A stretch of DNA of 64,000 nucleotides. Source: Pelomyxa schiedti. Its lineage: Eukaryota; Protista; Evosea. Where the stretch lies: positions 89,623 through 153,622 of the forward strand of contig JAHLWZ010000797.1 of NCBI GenBank assembly GCA_020536535.1, read 5' to 3'. The notes below the pieces were generated by a model. It had not been told where the DNA came from. It made no database searches and was given only the letters and a program-made list of their open reading frames with translations. How positions within the stretch are numbered: position 1 is the first letter of the stretch; each line of letters starts with the position of its first letter. This document shows, piece after piece, positions 24,926 through 36,906 of the stretch. The translations under genes were made by a program, and so were the position numbers.

Positions 24926-26028
24926 CTAGTGGTGATCAGGGGAGCGTGTTTCTGTTGGTGGTTGGTCCTCTTTCCCACGGGAGGGTGAGTGGGACTTCTT
25001 GGGCGAGCGGGGGTGGTGGCGGCACCGGGACCGGGACCGGGACCGGGATTTGGACTTGGAGTGTGCTGGGGACTTAGAGCGGGGCCGTGTGCGTGGTGGG
25101 GAGCGAGAGCGGGAATGGGAATGGGAGCGTGAGTGCGAGCGGTGGCGCGAGCGGACAGGGGAGCGGGAGCGGGAGCGAGAACGTGAGCGGGAGCGGGAAC
25201 GAGACCGGGAGCGGCGGGGTGACCGCGAGTATGACGGGGACCTGGACCGGCGTGAGCCACCCCACCTGCCCCCACTTGCGGGTCTCCCAGTACAGTTTCT
25301 GGCTATGTGACCTTCATACCCACAGGTGTAGCACTTGACGGAACTGGCGGGTCCTTTGAGAAGGGTTAAGGTAAAGATGGTGTTTAAGTACCAAGAGAGA
25401 AGGTGCTGCTTATTAGAGTATGATGACCTCTGTCCCATCAGTGCGATGAACACATTGTGTGAAATGATGAACGTGGAACACCAGTGTGAAATGAGAGCGC
25501 AAAACACCAATGTGAATGTGATGATGTGAAACGTGTTCAGTCATTGACGAACTTTTTGGGTGTAAAAATCCACAAACAAAACCGCGCTAGCAAGCAAGGG
25601 AGAGAATTATAGGAGAAAAACATAAGGAAATCAGAAACACAAGTAATGGGGGAAAAAAACAAAAGGGAGAGGATGGAAACCCCTATGACCAGAAGAAGGA
25701 CCTCTTCCGTGAGCCCATTGAACTGTTATTCTGGCTCCGTGTAGAGTAGAACTATCCATGTCATGAATGGCATCCTCGGCACTTCGCTTATCACGAAACT
25801 GTATAAACCCGTAACCTTTTTCGAAGCATTACAAAGAGAACGTAACAGTGAAAACTAGTACCTCGCCCAGTGATAATTACACATTTTTCTATCTCCCCAA
25901 ATTGTCGAAATGCCGACTCCAACTCATCGTTGGATGTGCCGTAATCGAGACGACCTGTTGTTACCTCATAAGACCCACAACCCCACATTATTAACTGAGA
26001 TCCCGCCCGCACCGATAAACAGCGACAT
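24926..26028 (-). CDS. Serine/arginine-rich splicing factor, RRM + CCHC zinc knuckle + RS domain (SRSF7/9G8/RSZ-like)
   Basis: RNP2 LFIGRL, RNP1 [18 protein letters not shown], zinc knuckle [14 protein letters not shown], long RS/RH dipeptide tail. Confidence 0.9.
25392..25586 (-). other. Candidate poison (PTC-containing) cassette exon in the SR gene
   Basis: Preceded by a long pyrimidine tract ending CTAG (AG at 25588-25587) and followed by a GTAC donor (25391). In-frame TGA at 25539-25537. Confidence 0.65.
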
Positions 26029-26129
26029 GTCACCCGGCACACTCAAGTTAGTTTTTTTTTTCTCTTTCTTCTTCTTTACAGATTTTTGATTGCAACTGCC
26101 TCAGGGAATTTTCCCCGACGGAGGCACAC

Positions 26130-29100
26130 TCAGCTGAGGTCGTCGTGAGTGCGAGATTCGAGACTTGGGTTGCTGGTGTTACTATTTTTGCCCCACAGGG
26201 AGGCTATTGAGGCGAGCGTTTGTTGGAGGTGACGTGTGGCCGTGGTGGGTTGTTGTGCAGTGAGTAGTATCCTGTACATATCCTTGAGGGTGTCTACTTT
26301 CTTGGATTTCTTGGTGGCTGCGGCGTCGCTGCGTGCGGGGGTGTTGCTGCTGAGTGCTTCCTTGAGCAAATCGCGGACGGTGAACGAGGCCGAGGTCAGG
26401 GCAATGCGGGTGCTATCGGCATTCACCTCCTTGTTGATTGATTGGATCCCAAGAAGGGTTTGCAAGGCTAGACTGAGATTTTTGCTACGTTTGTCAGAAA
26501 GTGAAGATGTTTGGAGTTTCGCCAGCTCACATGTAATACGAATAAATTCGTCTGGATCGGACTGAAATAGATAAGAACGGTGCTATCTAGTTTATTGTCT
26601 TACCTCTGAAGTATAGAACAATAGGGCTTGCTTGTAGTGATTCGCTGCGAGTTTTTCCTGTCGCTCCAGTACACGAGGTACGTAGTTGCCTGATGCTGTT
26701 TGGGCAGCAATGGCAGAGTATACTCTCCCCAGAGAGAAATGCGCACGGGCCATGTGATTACCGAGCTAAAGCGAGTTTGAGTGATGATCAGTTTCGAGGA
26801 GGAGCTACCTTTAGATCAGTATACATCTTCAAGGCTTTTAACATGAGTTCTGCTGCTTCTTGAAGGCAGTCAGGCCGTCCTTGCATAATTCTCGTTCCAA
26901 GGCTCAAAAAGGTTGTAGCTTCGACTTGTAAAAACAAAATGGCATTCACATAATATACCGAGTTCAGAAGATACTTTATTCCAAATGTCTGTGTATCTGA
27001 GACGAGCAAGTGTCAGATTATCTTTTCAATCAGAGACGCACCCTTGCCCATGTTCAAGAATATCTTGTGCTGATTTGTATATTTGTATGGCCTTAGTATA
27101 ATGTACTTCTTCCTCAGCTCCAAAGGGAACATTGGAGTTCTCATCTGTTGGTGGAATCGGCCCGTTTTCGGTCTGTGGCGCCCCACATGAACCTACCGTT
27201 GTAGATGCAAGTCTAGCACGTTCACACTCAGCGGACAGTCTCATTACATGGCCAAGATTACAGTGGAGTAGTGCTATATTCGCCTTATCTAGAGTGCTTA
27301 ATGAACTCTCCACGATAAGACACGTGAACCATTAATTGAGCGAAAAGTATCAATTCCCAATGTAAAATTCCACGCGGCTTTTGTGGGGCGGTTTATATTT
27401 AAGAAGTACAGTCCAAGTTGATTTTGCACATTTCCAAGTTTCCGGGTTATGGCCCTATTTTTCAAATCAGTGTGAGGTTTGAGGGAAGGAAATATACATA
27501 AACTCAGAGTTTGAAACCTCACGTGTGATCTGATTTTGTGCCCTCATGTAGAAAAGAGCAGCCATTCGGTAGTTGGCTTCGGGATCCAGGGTAATGTCTT
27601 CAATTAGAGAAAGCATCTGTGCGAGACTGGGTTGTTTGCCTCCGGAGACAGGAAAAGCTTTAACAAGTGAACCAGAAGAAAAAGAATAAAGCAACACACA
27701 AGGAGCAGCAAGATTTATTGAGAATTCGTGCTCCAGAGCACAGACATGTGAGTCTGCGCGGTGCTGACTTAGAGATGCTGGAGTCAGGCTACTAGGGATA
27801 GAAATATAAATATCCCCAGCAAGTGCAAGCAGTGAGCCGAAAAGAACCACCTCGTACCGCGAGGGCTGTGTATTTGCGTGACCTGAGGGAATGGAAGTAG
27901 CCGTGACAGAAGCAATTCCCGAGAGTTCAAGGAGTCTTAGGGCACCTCTGACGAAAGTAAGACAGAAAATCGATTCACTTGAAGGCTACCCTAAGTGACC
28001 TTTGGATTTCAAGGAATTTGCTAAGTAGTAGAGGCAGGCAACTAGTTTGATTGCCATTGACCGCAACTTCAAGGAGTGGAAGCGTCTATTTCGGGGTTCT
28101 ATTTTTAAAGCCGCAGACATCATTGTATCAATTCCCTGAGTGGCATGTTATAAAGGAAGGATGGGCTAAGAGGTACTTGAACAAGGTGTTTGGCAGCTTC
28201 ACAATGAGTACGGTCTGACTCAGACAACCGTGTAATTGAGGTGCCAACTGTAACAACAGACAAATTTTTCTCGCTTGGAAGGGTGGCACTCTGAAAGGTG
28301 GAAGGAAGAGGAGGAAGAAAAGGCGAGGCCAGTTGGTATAAGTGAGTATCGGCAATCCGTTCATGAGCATCTGCCCATATTGTTGGGTATCGCTCCTATA
28401 CAGAAGTTACGTTGAAAGAGAAAAACCCATGTACTTTGTCCACTAGCTGAATGGTACCCTGAAAGAGGTCTCTGCTCCTCGCTGGGGAGTCTGGCAAGTC
28501 TGCTTGGAATACTCTTTCTTGTGTAAGTGAACTCTATATTTAGGCGGTACCTGTAACCAGTCCGATAGCACAACATTGCCACAGCATGGGAAAATGGGCG
28601 CTCTAAAAGGCATAACCTTGAAAGTTAAACAAAAACAAGAAATGCAAATAAAAAAACCTGGAGTGCATTCTAAGCTTGCAAATAATTCACAGAAGTTGCT
28701 TATGTCATACACATTTACCGAAGATTCCCCAGAAGGCTGTTTTTCATTTACTTGGAGTTGAGGGACTCACTCATACCTTAAAGAGCCAGTAGGTTCCAGC
28801 AAATTTTGTACAAGTTGAATGGAGAAACTTTATCAAGGAGAGTGCCTGATCTTAAATGTGGTTATCAATAGCTAAGTGTCCAAAGGTATTATTTCCGTAC
28901 TCATAGCGACTTCAGGCTTGAAGTTTAGACTAGGGTCACATTGTATAAACTTTGGTAGTTCTTCTGTTGGAACAACTTGGTACCCCTTTTATTGATATAA
29001 GGTTGACCCTCCCATCAAAAGAACTGAGAGTAACTAAATTAGTTATAGAAATGCCAAACCTGCACAACGCCTTCTTTATGGTAACAAATTGCAACAGCAG

Positions 29101-30448
29101 AAGCATTGCAAAGTACATTTTCCAACCATAAGTCTAACCATGTGGAAGAATCTGGAAGTCCGACACGATCAAGATCTCGGAGACACAAAGATACAAGTGC
29201 GTGATCAGAAGTGCAAAATAGTGGCAGGTCACTTCCATGTATGATTTCCCTTTTTTCCACAATCTCTTATTTCTATTGAAAGAGGGAAATGCCTACTTAT
29301 CACACAACGTGAATCGGTATAAGCGAGTGAATGATTTTGGAGGATCGCTGAGTTCAGGAGGTGGGTTTTTGCTGTAAAGTACTTTCATAAATTCTGTGTG
29401 CGGTCAGTATTAAGCTGGCAAGGGATTTAATCTATACCATCTTTTTCTTTGATGAACTGTTGCGATTCGCCTGAGGTTTTTGTGGTACTGGTAGTGTTTG
29501 ATCTAGTCTCCAACGAGTGATACAGAAACTTGGAAAATAGTGTATTTTGATAAGTATTCTCGGGGTTCTTCTTTTTTGCTGGCCCCTGTGAAGTTCCAGA
29601 GTAGCTTAGGAATTAGAAGGAACATGCTTCTCAAGAGTGTACCAAAGGGATACTGCCGTCTATGACCAGCGATTGGCCAATTCTGTGAATCGCCAAGGAG
29701 ACAGACTCAGAAGTTCCGAATGGCATTTTAAAAACAGATTTCAGATTTTGGGTTGGGGCTGTACTCATTTAATGGGCAGCCAGCAAAAAAAGAGTATTTA
29801 CCTATAATGTCAACAGCATCCCCGAAGTCCGTGAGAGAACTACTGGGAAATTCTTCAAATATGCGGAAAGGATTGGCCTGAAAACCTCCAGATGAACACA
29901 AATATGGCCAGATATCTACACCAAGCTGCACTAATATGAGCCTTCAGTTGGAGAGGTGAAGACAACCCTTTCATCATACGCAAGCCACCAAGGGGGTGTA
30001 ACTTTCAAGTCAGTTCCATTTGGTAGAATTTTCAAAACCTGGATGTTCTTCAGAATGAAGTCCCTCTCCCACATATGACATAGCAAGATAACAGTGTAGA
30101 AAGACAAACTGGGTGTTGTGTGACAGCATCCCTGACGATTTTTACTTTCGTTGCCACTGTGCCAGGCTGCGGAGCTGATGGCACGTCCGAAGTGGGTAGA
30201 TTAACCCCAACTGTAGAATCTGGTAGCGCCGGAGACGTGTTTGATTTGGCATCTGCTGCAACAAGCAGATCTTGGACCCCACCGTCACAACCACATGCAA
30301 TTACTTCGACTTGCGGTCGATCTCCGGGCGAACTTTGTTGTGCCGAGGGAGGTTCCTTCAAAGACAGTGTCGCTATGGGTGTACGTGCCGCCAATCGCAG
30401 CGGATCTGCGTACTGGTCACCAACCACAGACACACTCAGCTGCATCAT
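26130..30448 (-). CDS. EDRF1: Erythroid differentiation-related factor 1 homolog, multi-exon, TPR-like C-terminus
   Basis: VSLAIHRIGQSLVIDG, LFSKFLYHSL, GSDLPLF...VSLCLRD...LDLWLENVLCN...AICYHKEGVVQ, LGNVQNQLG, ALLHCNLGHVMR. Confidence 0.85.
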
Positions 30449-30608
30449 CTCCTCGGTTTTTTTCTCTAATAGGGTTTTCCAAGTAGGAAGTGTTTATTTT
30501 CTCATTGAACGACAAGTCTTCGGCTTTCGGCCGACATTTAGGAAAAATTTCAAACATTTTTTTTCTACTTTACAACACTCAACAAGCACAACCCCATTGG
30601 GGTTGTGT

Positions 30609-33600
30609 TCAGTACTGTGCCTGTTCCACAACAGAACAGTCTGCAGCTGGAATTGTCCATACATCTGGCCTAGATTGATACAGATCTCTCAGTTGTTTGA
30701 TTGCGTCGAGGGCTGTGGTGCTGCTTGGCCGTTTCTCGGGCACGGGATCGACGCAGCGGAGGTACAGGTCGTGGACGGCCTGCGGTACTGCCGCGGGCAT
30801 TGTGGGACGCTTGTGGTATTTGGAGGCCTGGATGAACACTTGGTGGCTGAGGAACAGCTTGTACTCGGCAAATGGGAGTTGCCATCTCTGCGTCACTACG
30901 CAGTTGCACAATTCCCACAGTAGAATTCCGAACGAATATATGTCCGACTTGTCGGTGAAGGACTGGGAGAAATAGAGCTCCGGGGCCGTGTGCGACAAAT
31001 TCCCTCTTGGTTTTCTCAGCGTGTCCATATTTTCTCTACTGCCGAATCGAGCCAATCCAAAATCGCAAAGCTTAATTCTTCCACTGGAAGATACTACACA
31101 ATTGCTTGATTTCAGGTCTCTGATTTTTAGTGTGAGCAAACTCAAAACATTACAAGGGACATCCTACCTATGATACAGAGGAGGGTTCATCGTGTGCATC
31201 GCAGTGAGGCCGGTAAGGATATCTTCAAGATAACCAAGGGCCTCTGACCAACCAATAGGAGCCTTTGCGTCCTGCATCACACTGTAGAGTGAACCTCTGT
31301 TGCACAGCTCCATCACGAGGAGGGGCTTCATAGGCTCTGAAATGCATACACCGTAGAAGGTGACAAGCCATCCAGATTTTACGGTGCTCAGCACTGTGAG
31401 TTCGTGAAGGAAGTCCCGCAGCTGCTCTTCGTTGGTAACTTGGACTCTTTTTGCTGCTGCCATTTTGCTCTCCATGCCACTTGCGTCCAAGAGCTCACAA
31501 GAGAACACTTTTCCAAATGCACCGCTACCAATCTAAAACGAAGTAAGCTGACACTGCTTAAGTTAGGTTGGTAACTACATACAGGTACAAGATTCTTTAG
31601 CCTGGCGGAGTCAATGATAAGTGAGGAATCCACTAATTCAGTGACAGCACTTATTATTCCGCTTGCTTCTATCGGTGCTGGTCTGCATTGAGCGAGACAG
31701 CTGGACTTTGACTTTCGGATAGCCGGAACCGGGCTTCCTACCAGCCGGGGCTGGGATACTGGTGAAGCCAGCATTGAAACGGAATCGGCTGTACAAGGCC
31801 TCCTGAGAGCGGGAGAGCCCAAGTTGAGAGAGCCTGGCCTCATAGTAGGCGAGAATGGACGCAGGACTGGAGAAGTGGGTGCCTGCTGACATTCCCTCTG
31901 AGGGTCTGCTGCTACCTGAGGAAGAGAAATAGAAGCCGGGAGTGACTTGGGAGAGCTGGGGCTCACGGCCGGTGAGGAACAAGAGGATGACAGCAGAGAA
32001 TAATAAGCAGGAGGTGTACTGCAGAGTGGATGGGGACTCTGGATCAACTCTGTCTTGGGGGAATAGCACCGCGGAATAACGGGGCTTGCTGGGCTTTGTG
32101 CCAAAATGCAGGGTGGCGACACGATTTTTACTGGTGAGAGTAAGTATAGGTTGCTATTAGACTGTCTTTTCACAAGAGCCGTCATGTGTAGTAGTTGTAG
32201 TGTTAGTTTGTTGTTGTTATTGTTTTCTTTATTTTTGTGGGAGGGAAGCTGTTCTTTCTCAGCGTATAAAAAGGTTCCCTGTCAGTTACTTGGGACTTCA
32301 TCTACGCAGATTAGTCGGCAGAGAGAGAAACCCGAGCCCTCATTTGCAAAAAAGGAAAGGTGCACAACTGGATCATCCCATTCACTGTCCCAGAAAGGTA
32401 ACCTCGCCAGGGATTTTCACCGGAATTTGGCTATGTCGACGAAAATCCGCAGGAATTTGTGGCAATTATAGACGAGATCTGGCTGAACGAAAACCGTGCC
32501 CCCTAACACGTTCGCGACGATATCACCCCCAACAAAGCCAGTACAACCAGGGGGGACTGACCACCAACTTGCACAATCTGCAATCTGCTGCGCGAAAAAG
32601 GGAAAAAAGAAAAGTTTGGTGTGAATTTGATTCTTCTTGAAGGGCACAAAAAGGGGTGTTATCAAGAGTGTGTGAGGTTGCGTATGGTCGCGTTGGTGGT
32701 TTGTATCTTCTCGGCAAGTTCCTGTAGGTGTTACAATTATGGGAGGCTGGAATTGAAATAGGATTGGGGGTACACACCCTTGCTTTCCTTAGTTTGAGAG
32801 CATGAAGTTTTTCTAGGTTTACAACATCTGGTGGTGGAATTTGCAAGTCTTGTGTGGGATAGTCACCACTATTGGGAGTAAATTGAGAGAATAAGGGAGG
32901 CATGTGGGTACGTGAGAGAGGTGGCATCCATTGATTTGTAGTCAACTTGTGAGCACACAATCAAGTTGGTGATCTCTGGAATGACTGGCCGTAATCTTTT
33001 GTTTGTGAGTCTCTGACATCTGGCCACCCAATCTTTTTACCTGGATGTGGGGCTAGGGGTGACAAGGAATTTGTAGTCTACATTGTAGATAGGACTGCCA
33101 GATGAAGTAAATAATACAAATAGAAGTGGCTGGGAGTCTGCTGTACTCTCAAATCTGAGAAAACATGAGGGTGACGAACTGTAACAAAAAGATGCACATT
33201 TCGTGAAGGGATTTATGAACAGCAGTTTCCCGTAGTGATGGGTGAAGTGAAGTACACTTGCGATACTTCCACCAGCCCAGTATTGTCTGTAGTGTGCATG
33301 ATAAGTGACAAAGTGTAGGCAGAGAGTGCTTTACTTGGTTTTCAGGTGCAAGTTGTAACAGATGGCTCGTGTTTGCGGTACCAGAACTGTCGTAAAAGGA
33401 GAAGGCGGGTGAGGAACTTACAAAGGCAGAAATATCTGCATGAGACAAAAAAGCCGGGGCAAATGGTTAACAAAGAGCAACGATGGAAAAAGAGGGAAGA
33501 AAAAACTGAGTGATATGACTGTGGTTGTTTTGTCGGACATGGAGTCTTCTGTCGTAGACACCACACTACGTGTAACACTCCCCAGGACTGCTCCTTCCTG

Positions 33601-33810
33601 TGCCACCGTTATTTAATTCCGAATCATGCAATACAAAAAAAAAAAAAAGGAATAATCAATAATTTCTAAAGAAAACCAATGCCAGGTGAGCACGACAAAA
33701 AAGAAACGAAAAAAAAAAAAGGGTTGCACCATGTCACCGCCCTCAGCCACGGACAACTCGTACAACGCCGATGCAAACGTAACCCCCGACAGCCTCACGA
33801 CAATACTCAT
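30609..33810 (-). CDS. Tyrosine-kinase-like Ser/Thr protein kinase with long N-terminal region (linkage of 32200-33810 to the kinase is inferred)
   Basis: IGSGAFGKVF, AAAKRV, FLHELTVL, HRDLKSSN, DFGLAR, HTAPE, DIYSFGILLWE, RPS in 30609-31532. S/P-rich linker 31600-32185. Upstream exons start at ATG 33810. Confidence 0.75.
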
Positions 33811-34020
33811 TTTGGCACCTTCTTTTGGTAAGTGATAGTTTCTTCTTGCCTTAAGCCTGAGAGAGGTGATCTGAGCCCACCCACTTCATTCCGCTCTGTT
33901 ATCAAGAGCGTGATATCAATCTCTTCTCGTCTTCATTGCAGACACAGTGTGGTGCTGTACAGGAAACGAACACTTCTTTGGCTAAATTGGTTTTTTTTTC
34001 CGGTTTCACCAAAGACGACG

Positions 34021-36696
34021 ATGAACGGGGGCGCTTTGCGACAACAGATACCGTGGTGTGTATATTGCGCGCAGAGGGTGTCTCCCGACTGCGTAACACT
34101 GTCGTGTACCGCCGGCGGCGTCGCCCACTCCCTGTGCTCCCAGTGTTTCCGCATCCTCTTCGAGTTCTTCCGCACACAGCAGCACCAGGCCCTACCAACT
34201 CCCCCGCCGGCGTCCGCCACCTCGAGGCCTGCGACGCCGACCGGGGAACCGCGCCAGCAGCCCGACGTGGTGGCGATCACGTGCCCGCTGTGCGACTCCG
34301 TGACGACGCTGCCGCTGACCGACGGCTGTCCCACCGGTGGGTCCCCCAAACCCACGAAATCCGACGGTCCAGGGACGACTACTGCTGCGATGGGAGCCAC
34401 TTCCCCCCCACCCACGCCGTCGCCGACGCCGACGCCGGCGCCAGTGGACGACCACGTAGTGTGCGCCGTGTGCTTCGAGGCAATTGCGGTGTCACAGTGC
34501 CTGGGCTGCAAGTATTTCTATTGTGATTCGAAACAGTGCCTACAATTTGCCACGAGGCAGCATGCTGTTGTTGCTCGTCATAAGGTTTGGTTCGCCCAGT
34601 CGACACACACACAAAAAAAAAAAAAAAAAATCCTCACGTATATACAAAAGTTTGAACTAGCACCGTTGGATTCTCCTTCTAAACCATCCCCTAACGTGGA
34701 GGAGAGTACGAGTCTCAGATGCCAAGACCACGGCAAGAAGCTAACATTGTTCTGCCAAGAGGACAAAGTTCCTGTTTGCTCTCACTGCCTTTTGATTGGT
34801 AAACCTTGCCTTCACGAAAAACTACACCATGGGGAGCGGGTCTTTCTCCATTTCAGCCATGTTAAACTTAACTCAATTCAAAGGGTCGCACAAGGAAGGC
34901 GAACGCACACATAAGTGCACGGGAATCAGTGAGGCATCTCCTGCAATTAAACAGAACTTAAAAGCCAATATCAAGAGCCTCGACGACAAGATAAAAGCGA
35001 CGAAATCAACCTGCAATGCTGTTTCAGAGACGTCTTCAAGAGTAAAATTGTCAGCAGATGAAGCAACCAATATGATTGAAAAGACCTTTACTGAATTGTT
35101 TGATGCACTGGCAACCAGAAAGTCCGAGTTGCTGAAATCTTGTGGAGCTCTCTCATTCCAGAAACGTGTGGAACGTAATTACCTATTGTAGTAACGTACT
35201 TGTAGTCTCACTACTGCGGGAGAAGTCAGAATCCCTTGAAGCACAAGTGAAGTGCATCACAGGTTCCATGACAGCCGCTCAGGCATTGTGTGAAACATCG
35301 GATTCACTAAAAGTGTGTGCACTTGGCCCGGCAATGGGCACGTGGAATCACCGTCTTAGCGGAATTCCTTCTGCTCCGATTAATTGCGGATCGAAGATTT
35401 CTTTTTCATCAAGTCTTACGGGGTTGAAAGAAGTAATCCAGTCTTTCGGGTCTGTTTACAGTGGTATCATCTCCTCCTTCAAATGGATTTGTTAACTCAA
35501 CAAACAAAGTTGAAATTTCCCTTGAATCAAGCAGCTTCACATTGTCCGGTTCTATTCCGGATATTGCATTTGTTGGCGACACTGTTGATTTCAGTGTCTC
35601 ACCTGCCTCAATAAAAACGGCCGACAACAATACAATAGGGAGCATCACTGATCTCCGAAACTTATTGCAGGTCAATGTTGTACCTCCCCCCACCACTTCA
35701 GTTGCATCTACCAGGATCCCCTGGACATCAGAAAGGTTCGGACCTGCTTCTTTCAAATTGGAACACGTTGGAAATTACACAGTCTGTGTTGAAAGAGTTT
35801 CTGATGTGAATACCGGCGTCAGTATGACACAAGATAAGAAAGTTCTGTGCACCATTGAGGCATTGGGTCCGCCACCCCCACCACAAAACTTAACAGCCCG
35901 TTCCACAGAACCTGGAGTGATCAGTGTGAGCTGGGACCGTCCCTCTGCAATCCCCCCAAAAGCACAGGTTGGATACAATGTTCTTGCTGCAGTCGGGGCA
36001 TTCAAAGTGGAGCTGAGGCAACACAAGGAAACGCAAGCAATCATCAGGGACATTCCAACTACACAAGGGGACAACGCGCCAATCAAAGTGTCAGTTTCTA
36101 GTGTTTCATTGTGCGCGGCCCGTAGCAGTTCCGGAACTGTGTGTGACACCGTGACTGGAGCCACTTCTGATGTTTATGTTTCTCCCATTCCACCCAACAA
36201 ACTGGATTCTACATGTGCAGGTTCCGTAGTCACAATTGGACTTGCTGGATTGAGTTGCACTGTGCCAGGTACCTGCATTGTGCTCGCTGAGAGAGGGTTC
36301 ATGAGTGGCTCGCACCACTGGGAGTTCACTGTAACAAAGGTAGGCAGCAACTCACACTGTGGCGTTTCCCTCAAGCCTCCTCAATCTTTGGAAAACTGGC
36401 TTGGATCCATGCAGACAGGTTTTGATGTTGTGGGTTACGCAGACGGTACTACTGCCCCCTGCTACCATGCAGGGTCAGGTTATGAAAAGGTGCCGGTGTT
36501 CACAACGGGGGACAAAGTTGGATTCACCCTCCACTGTGACAAGGGCACATTGGATTATTTCCAGAATGGCACACTCGTCGGCACTTGTTTGTTTGGCGGC
36601 AAACTCAAGGAATTTTGTGGTGTCCGGCCCCTTTACCCTGCTTTTGGTTCCAACAGTGCTCCAGCAGAATACACAAATATTTACTTTGCCTCCTGA
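34021..36696 (+). CDS. TRIM-like E3 ligase: RING, B-box1, B-box2, coiled coil, FN3, SPRY/B30.2
   Basis: RING CVYC..C..HSLCSQC...CPLC; B-box CAVC..CLGC..YC; B-box CQDH..LFCQED..VCSHC..H; heptad region; FN3 PPPPQNLTA...VSWDRP; SPRY GFMSGSHHWEF...GDKVGFTL...TLDYFQNG. Confidence 0.85.
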
Positions 36697-36906
36697 TAAA
36701 GTGGAAAAACAAAGCTGTTCCTGCATAACGTTACCCCAAGTTGTTTCCAGACTTGTTCTCAGACTTCTCTTTTTGCCAGAAACATCAACGTCCCCATAAC
36801 TGGAAAAGGCAGGTGTTGTCAACTGTCTTTTCCTGAGAAAAACTCCGTCAACCCTTCAAAAGCCAGTGGGCAACCAAAAACTCGAAGAGAAAAACAAGAA
36901 AAGAAA

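Noticed and set aside
25020-25250. Hexamer-type tandem repeats (CGGGAG/CGGGAC)
   Set aside because: They encode the RS domain; not a CRISPR array, telomere or satellite.
25415-25530. Several TGATGA C-box-like motifs suggesting intronic C/D snoRNAs
   Set aside because: They lie antisense to the host gene and lack matching CTGA D boxes. Interpreted instead as UCAUCA motifs on the transcript strand.
32400-32600. SWWSVPPG segment resembling a JmjC Wy.vPp motif
   Set aside because: No HxD/E...H metal ligands were identifiable.
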